Shown here one piece after another: positions 24,830 to 33,614 of a stretch of DNA of 40,679 nucleotides. Numbering within the stretch: the stretch's first letter is position 1; each line of letters opens with the position of its first letter. Position numbers and translations under genes: made by a program. Below the pieces are notes generated by a model, which worked only from the letters and a program-made list of their open reading frames with translations, had not been told where the DNA came from and ran no database searches. Source of the stretch: a virus (taxonomy: Duplodnaviria > Caudoviricetes); the IMG/VR virus record IMGVR_UViG_3300025375_000007, positions 1-40,679 of that record; one strand, written 5' to 3'.

Positions 24830-27187
24830 CTATGGATGCGATGCAACATAAGCATCAAATTGTTGTTTTAATTCTTGAATAGCTTTAATCATTGGCGATA
24901 TAAATTCATCATATCTTAAACCTTGTTCACTATTTTCATCAGAAGTATCTGTTTGAATCCAACCACCAAAATCAATATTATTTGGCAAAGATGATTTTAC
25001 TTCTTGAGCAATTAAACCAAAATGTTGTCTTTTTCCTGCAACTGGCGTAATAACAATTGGGTCATCTTCATGTTTACGTTCTTCAACAATGTTTTTACCA
25101 ATTTTAAATTTATACGCAACTGGTCTTAAAGAAGCAATAAAATTAAGCCCTAACGGAGAATCAACAATATCTGTTTTTGTATTTGCGTCAGAAGTTTGAA
25201 TGGTTCCATTAGCTGCCCAAACAGCAGTCCATCTTGCACTACTTACACCTAAAGAATATGAGTTATCAACATAAGGATACATATCTCCAGCTTGGCTAAT
25301 ATAAACTCTAGTTGTTTGCGTACTTGTGCCAGTTGCAAAACCTAAACCACCTCGACCAAGTGCAGGCAATTCATTATAAAATCTAATTTCTGAACCAGAA
25401 TAAGTATTATTGTAATCAGTTTGACAACCAATAGCTAAATAATCACCAGTATTTCCATTGGCATTGTATAAAGAAATTGCCCTAAGATTTGCAGTTGTAG
25501 ACCTAATACCAAGTAAATTAGATTGATTTGCCGTTCCAATTCCTACAGTTCCGTTTACAGATAGGTTACCTGCACCTGGGTCTGTGGTATTACCAATGGA
25601 AACGCCGCCAGAGCTAAAAATACGCATCCGTTCGGTAGTTCCACCAGTTCTAAAAGCAAGAGCTTGATTTGCTATATCGCCAACTACACCAGCAACAGCG
25701 GTTCCAGGTGTAGTCGAAAAATTAAAAGCGTTTGCAGCGGTTGAACTTCCGCATAACTCTACAACGGCGTTTCTATTTAAACTTTGTATTAAAGCAAAAG
25801 AATTTGAGGCGACTGTCCCTGTATTTTGAGAATTGTATAAAACAAAACTTTTACCAAAACCAGTATTAGGACTACTTGTACCAACACCTAAATTAGCACC
25901 ATCAAAAAACAAAGTAGAACTAGAGCTAAATGCGCTTGTACCATTTCCATAAGGAATATAACCAGCAGTAAGCGTAGTTAACCCTGTGCCACCATGAGCT
26001 ACATCAATTGTTCCTACATCGCCTGAACCAAGCAAAGAAGTACCATTTACAGTCTTAATATTAGTTCCGCTTACTAAAGCAGCTTGTTTACCATTAAAAG
26101 TAGTCCAATCTGTGCTTGTAAGATAACCATTTACGCTAGTTGTGGCAGCAGCCATGCTAATTGCTGGAGTAGTACCACCACTAGAAACAACAGGAGCAGT
26201 ACCAGTTACAGAAGTTACTGTTCCGCTACCTTTATTGTTAAAAGTAGTCCAATCGGCTGCACTTAAAGCACCACGATTAGTGGCTGAAGCTGTAGGTACA
26301 TTAAGAGTAATAACAGGAGTTGTAGTTCCTGTAGCTACAGTAGAACTTAAATCTGTGCCTGTAGTGCCTAAAGTTAAAGCAGCTACAGAAGTAACCGTTC
26401 CTGTATTACCAGTTAGCAATACTCCATTAGCCGTTACTGTGCTTGCAAAAGTAGCTTTTGAGTCTTGGTCAATGGTTAATGCTGTGACTTGAGTAGTCGT
26501 AGTATTTGGAGTTACTTTAACTACGGCCTTTGCGCCTCTAGCTGTAGCTCCCCATACTTCGGTTGTTACACCCTCTAATGAAACTTGTGGGTAAGCGTCT
26601 GCTGAAGTCGTACCATAACCTGCAAGTTCAAACTTACCTAGACTATCCCCACTTATAGGTGCTTGTGGAGCAGCTACAGTTCCCCTAAACTTACTTACTC
26701 TAATAGATGAGCTATTGGCATCGCTAGAATAGCCACGCATAGCAATGCGAGATAATGAATTATTGTCTCCCACTGCCCTCATTAGAATAGTAGGTACAGT
26801 AGCTGTATTAATGCCAATGTGCCCAGTAGTTAAAATATTAGGTGCAGTAATGTCACCAGTAAATGTATTGGCTTCATCTAACTTAGGAAAGTCATTGAGA
26901 CTTGCTGCTACCAAACGAAGAGATACTACAGCCCCTGAAGCAAAGATAGTTCCTGTAGTTCCGTCTTGTCCACGAACAATAGTAAATGTAGTTCCTGATA
27001 CTGCAGTTACTTTAACAATTTCAATAGTTGTTTGTGTAGCAGCGTCAGCTAATGTGCAATAGAAGTATTGTGAACCTGTAGGTGCAGGAAAGCCTGTCGC
27101 AGATGTAACAACCATCGAAGTTGCTACAGCAGTAATACCACCATTTAAAGTGGTATTACAGTTGTTTGCAAAAAGCATATTAGCCAT
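24830..27187 (-). CDS. tail fibre with C-terminal intramolecular chaperone (peptidase S74)
   Basis: T/G-rich fibre repeats, ERMRI motif, TSDANTKTDI...LRPVAY...GLIAQEV...LRYDEFISPMIKAIQEL. Confidence 0.9.
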   Translation of the reverse strand: MANMLFANNCNTTLNGGITAVATSMVVTSATGFPAPTGSQYFYCTLADAATQTTIEIVKVTAVSGTTFTIVRGQDGTTGTIFASGAVVSLRLVAASLNDFPKLDEANTFTGDITAPNILTTGHIGINTATVPTILMRAVGDNNSLSRIAMRGYSSDANSSSIRVSKFRGTVAAPQAPISGDSLGKFELAGYGTTSADAYPQVSLEGVTTEVWGATARGAKAVVKVTPNTTTTQVTALTIDQDSKATFASTVTANGVLLTGNTGTVTSVAALTLGTTGTDLSSTVATGTTTPVITLNVPTASATNRGALSAADWTTFNNKGSGTVTSVTGTAPVVSSGGTTPAISMAAATTSVNGYLTSTDWTTFNGKQAALVSGTNIKTVNGTSLLGSGDVGTIDVAHGGTGLTTLTAGYIPYGNGTSAFSSSSTLFFDGANLGVGTSSPNTGFGKSFVLYNSQNTGTVASNSFALIQSLNRNAVVELCGSSTAANAFNFSTTPGTAVAGVVGDIANQALAFRTGGTTERMRIFSSGGVSIGNTTDPGAGNLSVNGTVGIGTANQSNLLGIRSTTANLRAISLYNANGNTGDYLAIGCQTDYNNTYSGSEIRFYNELPALGRGGLGFATGTSTQTTRVYISQAGDMYPYVDNSYSLGVSSARWTAVWAANGTIQTSDANTKTDIVDSPLGLNFIASLRPVAYKFKIGKNIVEERKHEDDPIVITPVAGKRQHFGLIAQEVKSSLPNNIDFGGWIQTDTSDENSEQGLRYDEFISPMIKAIQELKQQFDAYVASHP

Positions 27188-27737
27188 ATATATTTTCTAC
27201 AAAAATAAATTCAATTACATCGCCAGCATTTAAACCAGATAAAAAAGTAATTACAGACACTGATGTTTCTGTATAATTTAAGCCATTAATTTGTTTACTT
27301 CCGTTTACATAAACAGACAAAGCATTATAACCTACTAAATAAGTAAAAGAACCTATATTAAATACTGTTTGATTTTGAGAAGCTATTTGATATTCTTGAA
27401 ATACTGTAACAGTGTCTCTACTAGTAGCAAATAGATTTAAACTACCAGCAGTAATCCGTAATTCAACATTATCACTAATATTAAAAATTTGTGGCTGTGT
27501 TCCTTCTTGACCACGAACAACAGTTAAAACATCTCCTACACGTGCTGTACATTGTACTATTTCAGCTATTTCAGGATTATTAATTTGAATTAATGTCAAC
27601 ATAAAGTAGTTACCACCAGTAGGTGATGGGAAGTAACTACCTGTTCCTGCAGTAATCTGTAATACTGTGTCAGTAGGTGTAATAGCCTTGGCTAAAGCAG
27701 TAGCAGCATTGTTGGTAAATAGGGGTTTTGTTGTCAT
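27180..27737 (-). CDS. tail fibre/tailspike adaptor protein
   Basis: N-terminal half is paralogous to the tail fibre N-terminus; C-terminal QTVF...LSVYVNGSKQ..NYTET...LNAGDVIEF module. Confidence 0.7.
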   Translation of the reverse strand: MTTKPLFTNNAATALAKAITPTDTVLQITAGTGSYFPSPTGGNYFMLTLIQINNPEIAEIVQCTARVGDVLTVVRGQEGTQPQIFNISDNVELRITAGSLNLFATSRDTVTVFQEYQIASQNQTVFNIGSFTYLVGYNALSVYVNGSKQINGLNYTETSVSVITFLSGLNAGDVIEFIFVENIYG

Positions 27738-27741
27738 GGAG

Positions 27742-28020
27742 TTATCCTAACGTAAACGTGTTAACTGGGTATCCGTTAACCAGTTTATTAATGGAATATG
27801 TTCTTATGTATTGGTCTTGTGGTTCTGGTCTTGTCCAAGGAGGTGCTTGGTAATCTGCTACACCACGAACAAAGTCTTGTGGCTGTCTGGGTTCCCAATC
27901 ATCAGGGCAGACCTTAAGACCGTCCCAACGTTGACGTAAGTCTGTAGCACGCATCTTACGACCACAAGCGTCGCAAAGTACTGCCCAGTCACCACGGTCA
28001 TAACGAGAAAAATAACTCAT
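27742..28020 (-). CDS. virion-region protein with Cys motif
   Basis: CDACG...WDGLKVCPDDWEPRQPQ. Confidence 0.75.
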   Translation of the reverse strand: MSYFSRYDRGDWAVLCDACGRKMRATDLRQRWDGLKVCPDDWEPRQPQDFVRGVADYQAPPWTRPEPQDQYIRTYSINKLVNGYPVNTFTLG

Positions 28021-28328
28021 ACTTGAGAAGCGTCGTAGATAGTTAAGTCACCTACACCAACATAGGTGTTTCCTAGTGATGTAGTAATTGTCATCTCTAG
28101 ACGATAGGTTACTTCAGCTAAGCCTGCAACTACTCGTTGGGAAGCAGTCTTATTAACAATAATGGCAGTAGACTGTAGGATAGAAGAAGGACTAGGGTCT
28201 ACTCCGTTCATCACAATAACAGTACAAACTGCCGTCAGAATAGTTTCTGCAGCAGTTAGAACCTGCGTAAAGTCAAAAGTGAACAACTCACTTTCAGTAG
28301 TAATTTTATAAGAAAAGGACTCAGCCAT
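28017..28328 (-). CDS. putative Ig-like structural protein
   Basis: FTFDF...L...ETI...VTYRLEMTITTS.G beta-rich pattern. Confidence 0.6.
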   Translation of the reverse strand: MAESFSYKITTESELFTFDFTQVLTAAETILTAVCTVIVMNGVDPSPSSILQSTAIIVNKTASQRVVAGLAEVTYRLEMTITTSLGNTYVGVGDLTIYDASQV

Positions 28329-29220
28329 GTTTCTTCCATAACATTATAACACGATTTTTAACAAAAGTCAAAGTTTTATCAGCCTTTTCGACTAAAATAT
28401 CTCTGTCTTTAACTACCATTGTCATTAATTTCTTAGGCCCGACAATGAAGGTAAACTTGGCTACAGCTCCAAACTTCTGGATAATAGCAGGGAAAAGCTG
28501 GACTATTGAGGTGCTGATTACCGCTAACAGCTTACCTACACGTCTTAAAAGAGTTGCTGTAGAAACAACTAATACACTTAATGTCCTTAGAAAAGCTTTT
28601 GCAATACTAGCAGTAGATGTAACTGTTACAGACAATAACTTAAAGAAAAAGAAGTTCTTTAATATAGACACTGTGCTTGTAACTGTTCTTGTAATGACTT
28701 TTAAGAAAGCTATAGACTTTGCTATAGTTACTGCACTTACTACTACTTGGTTAATTGTCTTAGTAATACTCTTAAACAAACTAGGCAAACCAGTTACTAC
28801 AATGTTCTTAGTTATTGCTATAGCCTTTTTCAAGGATACTACAGTTACTTCAGTCACAGAAAGCAGTACTAAATGAAATGAACTTTCTGTTAAAACTACT
28901 ATAGCTACTTCGCTAATAGTAGACATTATCTTTTTAATAGCTCTGCTTATTGTGACAAGACTATTAACTGTTACAGCTAAAAGCTTATTTGGTATTTTAA
29001 CCAAAGTAGCTAGTGAAGTAACAATAACACTTAATGTTCTTGTAATTGCTTTTGTAATACTTAATACTGAAGTAACAACATATAAAAGAGTTCTTAAATA
29101 TGCTATTACTTTAGTAATGGTACTAGTACTCGTAGAAGTAACACTTAATGTAGGCGTTAACGTGATGTTATCACTTGCATCGATTGCTACTCTATTTATA
29201 CTAGAACCATTTATTGCCAT
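28321..29220 (-). CDS. repetitive fibre-like protein with about twelve 18-21 aa repeats
   Basis: Repeat consensus roughly (R/K)TLSVxVTSxxSIxKAI; coupled to both neighbours. Confidence 0.7.
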   Translation of the reverse strand: MAINGSSINRVAIDASDNITLTPTLSVTSTSTSTITKVIAYLRTLLYVVTSVLSITKAITRTLSVIVTSLATLVKIPNKLLAVTVNSLVTISRAIKKIMSTISEVAIVVLTESSFHLVLLSVTEVTVVSLKKAIAITKNIVVTGLPSLFKSITKTINQVVVSAVTIAKSIAFLKVITRTVTSTVSILKNFFFFKLLSVTVTSTASIAKAFLRTLSVLVVSTATLLRRVGKLLAVISTSIVQLFPAIIQKFGAVAKFTFIVGPKKLMTMVVKDRDILVEKADKTLTFVKNRVIMLWKKHG

Positions 29221-29585
29221 TAGCTAAACTGTACTTTGAATGTAAAAGCAATACTATCACCGTTATTCAAAGCAATACCTGTAAAGTCACCCTTTACAAA
29301 CAAGTTACCAGATGTAGAAGCATCAAATAAACCAGCATTCGTGATTGTCTCAGTCGTACCAGCAGTCTGTGTTGCAACTACTTGGAATGTATCATTTGTA
29401 GTAGATGTTGTTACCTGAGATACAGTACCACTAACTCGTGGAAGTACCTCAGTAAATAATGTTGTATCCGTAGCACCAGTAGTACCTGCACCAGTTCCCC
29501 ACCCGACATATTGAGGAACAGTACCACCGCTATTTAAACGGCTAGTAATAATAGCCCTACCTGTATTGACTAGTAATGTAGCCAT
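29220..29585 (-). CDS. structural protein, collar/fibre-anchor-like
   Basis: YVGWGTG.....TDTTL.TE..R...ITNAGLFDASTSGNL motif. Confidence 0.7.
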   Translation of the reverse strand: MATLLVNTGRAIITSRLNSGGTVPQYVGWGTGAGTTGATDTTLFTEVLPRVSGTVSQVTTSTTNDTFQVVATQTAGTTETITNAGLFDASTSGNLFVKGDFTGIALNNGDSIAFTFKVQFS

Positions 29586-29722
29586 TTTTTAATTCTCCAG
29601 ATAAGTCTCTTGATTGGATTTTGATGATAATAATCTATAACGCCAAGTTCTTCCACACTGCCGTCAGCACGAGTGATGGTGGCAATTAATTGGATTTCCT
29701 TAGCGTTAAGATTAGTATTCAT
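29570..29722 (-). CDS. small hypothetical protein (50 aa)
   Basis: MNTNLNAKEIQLIATITRADGSVEELGVIDYYHQNPIKRLIWRIKKWLHY; TGATG overlap; not in the ORF track. Confidence 0.65.
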   Translation of the reverse strand: MNTNLNAKEIQLIATITRADGSVEELGVIDYYHQNPIKRLIWRIKKWLHY

Positions 29723-30141
29723 CATGTGTGTTGCTTAACCAACTCAAGAATAATTGTAAAAGTCAACGTTTGTGCTGTTCCTTCGTAGTCAAAGCTTGAA
29801 GTAATACCGCCTGTAGGTGCTGGTGTACCATTATTAATGATACCGCCAAAACGGAAAGCATCTACTTTACCACGACCTGCTAAGTTCCAGATAATTTTAT
29901 TACTGGCAGCAGTTGTATCTTCCCATAATAAATTAACTGTCAAAAGGTCTTCAACGTCATAAATAATCTTGTTAATACGGAGGCGATTAGCCTTTACTCC
30001 GTTAATATCAAAATCACTTAATAAAGAAGGAAGAACAATTTGTTTATAAGTTGCATCAGTCGTTGTTAAAGTACCTTCATACTTAATAACTACGTTACGT
30101 GGGCCGTCTACTAACGTTTGAATCGATGTAGTAGTTGTCAT
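29722..30141 (-). CDS. putative structural protein
   Basis: QTLVDGPRNVVIK...IILELVK; within the structural operon. Confidence 0.7.
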   Translation of the reverse strand: MTTTTSIQTLVDGPRNVVIKYEGTLTTTDATYKQIVLPSLLSDFDINGVKANRLRINKIIYDVEDLLTVNLLWEDTTAASNKIIWNLAGRGKVDAFRFGGIINNGTPAPTGGITSSFDYEGTAQTLTFTIILELVKQHT

Positions 30142-30153
30142 AGTAGCCCCTTA

Positions 30154-30873
30154 TTAACGTGTAGTTTCTTCGGCAATAATAGCGTAGTCGATAGTAACTG
30201 TCTCGGTAGCAACTGGAGTCAGACCAAAGAAAGGCGACATTAAAGCGTTACTGATAGTAGTACTAGCAGAACCGATAGTAACACCTGATACACGAGCAAT
30301 CATGTTGTCAGAAACAAACACTTGCAAGTCAGTACCATCGTAGTAGAAACCTACGTCAAGGTACGTATCAGCAGCAACAGTAGTAATACCTGTAAGCAAT
30401 GTTGTAGAAACGTTGTTAACTACAGAAACCAAGTTCAAAGAAGTTGAAGAAGCTGGTTTGGTAAAGTATAGACGGTCAGTAGTAGCAATAGTGCCACCGC
30501 TAACTTTAGACATACCAAAGTTCAATACCATAGCACCTGCAATAGCAGAAGCTTTTAGACGGTGTAAGAACCAGAACTTATTGCCTGCAATAAACTGGAA
30601 CGAAGCAGCAGTACGATACACAGAAGCAGCAGTAGCGGATACTGGTGTCAAAACACCAATACCGTTTAAGCCATCAGCCAATGCAAAAGCAGCACCGCCA
30701 GTGATTGTACGAGCAGCAGCAGCACCTAAGTCTGTGAAGTCATTTTGATATGTAAATACGCTTACGCCTGGGTCAGACGTGGTATGGAAAGGGTCTGGCA
30801 ATGGATAATCGCCTAGTGGTTTGCCTTTAGCAACGGTGGCAAGACCGTATGTAAATCTTGTTGGTGTGCCCAT
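30154..30873 (-). CDS. putative capsid decoration / structural protein (beta-sandwich)
   Basis: PTRFTYG N-terminus, YQNDF, T/A-rich; AGGAG RBS. Confidence 0.7.
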   Translation of the reverse strand: MGTPTRFTYGLATVAKGKPLGDYPLPDPFHTTSDPGVSVFTYQNDFTDLGAAAARTITGGAAFALADGLNGIGVLTPVSATAASVYRTAASFQFIAGNKFWFLHRLKASAIAGAMVLNFGMSKVSGGTIATTDRLYFTKPASSTSLNLVSVVNNVSTTLLTGITTVAADTYLDVGFYYDGTDLQVFVSDNMIARVSGVTIGSASTTISNALMSPFFGLTPVATETVTIDYAIIAEETTR

Positions 30874-30931
30874 TTGTATCTCCTAAAAGTGATGGGTTCA
30901 CGTCAATTAAGACGTTTAGGATAAGAAAGTG

Positions 30932-31123
30932 TTACGAGTGATTTTTAATACTAGCTACAGGAGTCATGCGTTTCTTTTTAACGCCAGACAACTGACCGCC
31001 TTGATTCTCTACTGCTTGGGTGTTACCGAGACCTTTTGGTGCTTTTGCTTTTGGAGCAGCCATATTACTAGGCTTATCTTTAACAACTGCGTTCTTAGGC
31101 TCTTTAATAATTGGATAGTCCAT
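30932..31123 (-). CDS. small basic hypothetical protein
   Basis: AGGA RBS; directly downstream of a strong promoter. Confidence 0.6.
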   Translation of the reverse strand: MDYPIIKEPKNAVVKDKPSNMAAPKAKAPKGLGNTQAVENQGGQLSGVKKKRMTPVASIKNHS

Positions 31124-31179
31124 TATTTATTCCTAGTAAGGCGGTGAGGAAAGAAACGTTTTAAGTTCCTAACCCCACC

Positions 31180-31208
31180 ATTATAACATAATCTAGTTCT
31201 CTTGTAAA
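31180..31208 (-). promoter_or_regulatory. sigma70-type promoter
   Basis: Minus strand TTTACA, 17 bp spacer, TATAAT with extended TG. Confidence 0.75.
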
Positions 31209-31222
31209 GAACTATTTAGTCA

Positions 31223-31558
31223 TTAATCTAGTAAATAGTTGATAGCTTCTGCAAGAAATTTAGGATTATCTCTAAAATTACCTAAACCTTGATTACAGCT
31301 CATACACAACAATCCACGAACTTTCTTAGTTGTATGGCAATGGTCTACTGCCAGATTTCTAGGTTGTTTCGTTCTGTTATCTATGACTGTTTCAGGGCTT
31401 TTGCATATCATACAAACACCGTTTTGTTTTTCTAACATTTCGTTGTACTGTTCTAAAGTAATGCCGAAGCTTTTCTTTAAATCAGTACTTCGTACTCTGT
31501 TAGGATATTTTAAGCGGTATTGCTTTTGATAAGCAGCAGCTTTAGCTTTTTTATCCAT
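31223..31558 (-). CDS. endonuclease VII-type HNH (homing-like) endonuclease
   Basis: FGITLEQY..M...Q.G.CMIC...LAVDHCH....VRGLLCMSCN.GLG. Confidence 0.92.
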   Translation of the reverse strand: MDKKAKAAAYQKQYRLKYPNRVRSTDLKKSFGITLEQYNEMLEKQNGVCMICKSPETVIDNRTKQPRNLAVDHCHTTKKVRGLLCMSCNQGLGNFRDNPKFLAEAINYLLD

Positions 31559-31569
31559 AATTTCTTAAG

Positions 31570-31582
31570 AATCAACTACTTA
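31570..31582 (+). promoter_or_regulatory. IHF-consensus-like site
   Basis: AATCAACTACTTA matches WATCAANNNNTTR; lies between the capsid and endonuclease genes. Confidence 0.4.
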
Positions 31583-31585
31583 CAA

Positions 31586-32500
31586 TCAAGGACCATTCAC
31601 GCCATACACAGCACGTGGGTCTGACCAACCGAAACTATAACGCTCATAGCCTTTAGCTTTAGCATTCATAGTGTCAAAGTCATTGTCTTGGTCAAATGTG
31701 ATACCAACACGTTCATAGTATTTCATACCATTTTGGATGTTAGTACGCAAGAACCAAGCATGTGGACTTGTAAGGTAATGGTTCATAGTGATACCTTCTG
31801 GGATGGCATTAGTTGCCTTCAGAACGTTGATATCGTTATTTGCAGTACCTGATTGGAATACAGACTTCAGAATGCGGTTAGCGTTGTACCATTCTTGACG
31901 AGCTACAATCAAAGAACGTGGCATTACGTTAATCAACAAACCACGGTCATTTTGGAAACCCATGATTGCGATTGTTGCATCTTCCAAAGAAGCTTCGGAG
32001 AGGTCAACAGACACAGTAGGGGTATTAGCAAAAGTACCACCAGAAGTATTTGGATGAGCTGTAGAGCACAAAGGTTGAGCATCACCACCTGTGTAGGTAG
32101 CATTGAACGCACGATTGTAAACGTTAGCACCAATATTTTCTTTGGTTTGACGGAAAGACATAGCTAAAGCAGCAGCACGACGCTTAGAAACTTGCTCATA
32201 CAAATTGTCATCCAACTCTTCTTTAGTTACGATGTAACCAAGAGCGTATGCAACGTGTGTGTAGCGAGTTACGAAACCTTGAACTTCTGAATCATACTGA
32301 ACGCCTTGACCTTCAGATTTAACAGGAGCAAGACCAAATCCAGTTAACTGAACGTCTTCCTCGTAGTTTTGATGTGAAGTATCTTTGTCGAACAAGTGAA
32401 TATATTCTTCAGGATGTTCGTCGTAAGTTTGACCCCACCAAGCTTTAACACCAGGCCATAGGGCCTTTGGGTGAGTACCAGTTGTAATTACACCAGCCAT
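31586..32500 (-). CDS. major capsid protein
   Basis: 304 aa; KALWPG, GFGLAPVKSEG, ALGYIVTKE..DDNLY, ERYSFGWSDPR.VYG; follows scaffold and cement genes. Confidence 0.9.
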   Translation of the reverse strand: MAGVITTGTHPKALWPGVKAWWGQTYDEHPEEYIHLFDKDTSHQNYEEDVQLTGFGLAPVKSEGQGVQYDSEVQGFVTRYTHVAYALGYIVTKEELDDNLYEQVSKRRAAALAMSFRQTKENIGANVYNRAFNATYTGGDAQPLCSTAHPNTSGGTFANTPTVSVDLSEASLEDATIAIMGFQNDRGLLINVMPRSLIVARQEWYNANRILKSVFQSGTANNDINVLKATNAIPEGITMNHYLTSPHAWFLRTNIQNGMKYYERVGITFDQDNDFDTMNAKAKGYERYSFGWSDPRAVYGVNGP

Positions 32501-32514
32501 TTTTTATTCTCCTA

Positions 32515-33117
32515 TTAAGCGCCGAAGGCTTGTAAATATTGGTGTTTATTAAACTTCACCAAAACGTTATTGTAAGCACCAGGGACATTGCTTGGCTCTT
32601 GGTAGAGACCAACAACTTGGAACATGGAAGCTGCAGTAGCAGAGCTATCGCAAGTTACATAAGTGCTTGAGAAAGGTGAAGACTGGGCCAATGTTGAAGT
32701 CTGGTCAGCAGTGATTGTTGGAACTGCAGTAGCACCAACTTTAGCATCTGCAGAAGCGTTAGCTTGAACAGAGTAAATTACAGCAGGGTCAGTGATAACA
32801 TAAACATAGGTATATGAACCAGCACTTAAGCCAATCCAGAGTTGTGCTAAGTTTAAGTTAGTACCTTGCAATGAAACACCTGGGTTAGCTACACGAATGG
32901 AAGCAATAACACCTAGTGGAACGGAAGCAGCTACAGCTTTAGTAACGAGTGGAACACCATTAGCATCATTACCGACAGCAGACTTCACAACATCGCCAAT
33001 AGCGTATGTGTTGGATGCGTCGTTAGCGATAGCGTAAAGTACGCCTTGCTCGTTAAAGGGTGCACCAGTGATTGTGCCAACTGGCGACAATCCTGTTACG
33101 GCATTTACGTTTGCCAT
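32515..33117 (-). CDS. capsid cement/decoration-like protein
   Basis: MAN....GLSPVG N-terminus, V.FNKH C-terminus; directly upstream of the capsid gene. Confidence 0.7.
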   Translation of the reverse strand: MANVNAVTGLSPVGTITGAPFNEQGVLYAIANDASNTYAIGDVVKSAVGNDANGVPLVTKAVAASVPLGVIASIRVANPGVSLQGTNLNLAQLWIGLSAGSYTYVYVITDPAVIYSVQANASADAKVGATAVPTITADQTSTLAQSSPFSSTYVTCDSSATAASMFQVVGLYQEPSNVPGAYNNVLVKFNKHQYLQAFGA

Positions 33118-33140
33118 TTTTTTTCCTTAATTAGAAAGTT

Positions 33141-33602
33141 TTAAAATTTAATACCAGCATTGTAGAAACCTGTGGAGTCTACACCAGGTGTATTACCACC
33201 ACGGATTGCTGCATCGGTTTTGTCGTTACGCTCTTGTAATTGACGTTGGTCTTCAAGCCACCACTCTTCTTTGATTTTCATCAAGTAAGCATACATTGGG
33301 TCGCCCTTCTCACCAGCCCCTACTAAGAACCTAACCTTATCTCCTACATCGGTGTTACGTGATGTAACATTATCCGTAACGCCACCTACCTCGCTAGGGT
33401 GAACAAACTCATAACCGTTTTCAGTGGCATTCTGGATGCGCCCAGGCGTGTCATTGAAAATATGCAAGTGATACCCTTCAATTTGGTTTCCTACTTGCAG
33501 CTTACCTTGAGTCCCATTAAATACGCCTTTTTTACGTTCACGTGGACGCTCTACCTTAGTAGACTCTGGTACAGCTTTAACTTCTTTTTTAATTTCAGTC
33601 AT
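33141..33602 (-). CDS. head-region hypothetical protein
   Basis: GYH....ND..GRI......GYEFV...AYLMKI..EW; lies between scaffold and cement genes. Confidence 0.75.
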   Translation of the reverse strand: MTEIKKEVKAVPESTKVERPRERKKGVFNGTQGKLQVGNQIEGYHLHIFNDTPGRIQNATENGYEFVHPSEVGGVTDNVTSRNTDVGDKVRFLVGAGEKGDPMYAYLMKIKEEWWLEDQRQLQERNDKTDAAIRGGNTPGVDSTGFYNAGIKF

Positions 33603-33614
33603 GTTCTTTCTCCC

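Noticed and set aside
23148-27187. Diversity-generating retroelement acting on the fibre genes
   Set aside because: No reverse transcriptase and no TR/VR repeat pair were seen
28445-29418. Plus-strand ORFs antisense to the repeat protein and its neighbour
   Set aside because: Shadow frames from T/V/I-rich codon bias, with no RBS and opposite to the operon; the same applies to most other antisense ORFs in the track
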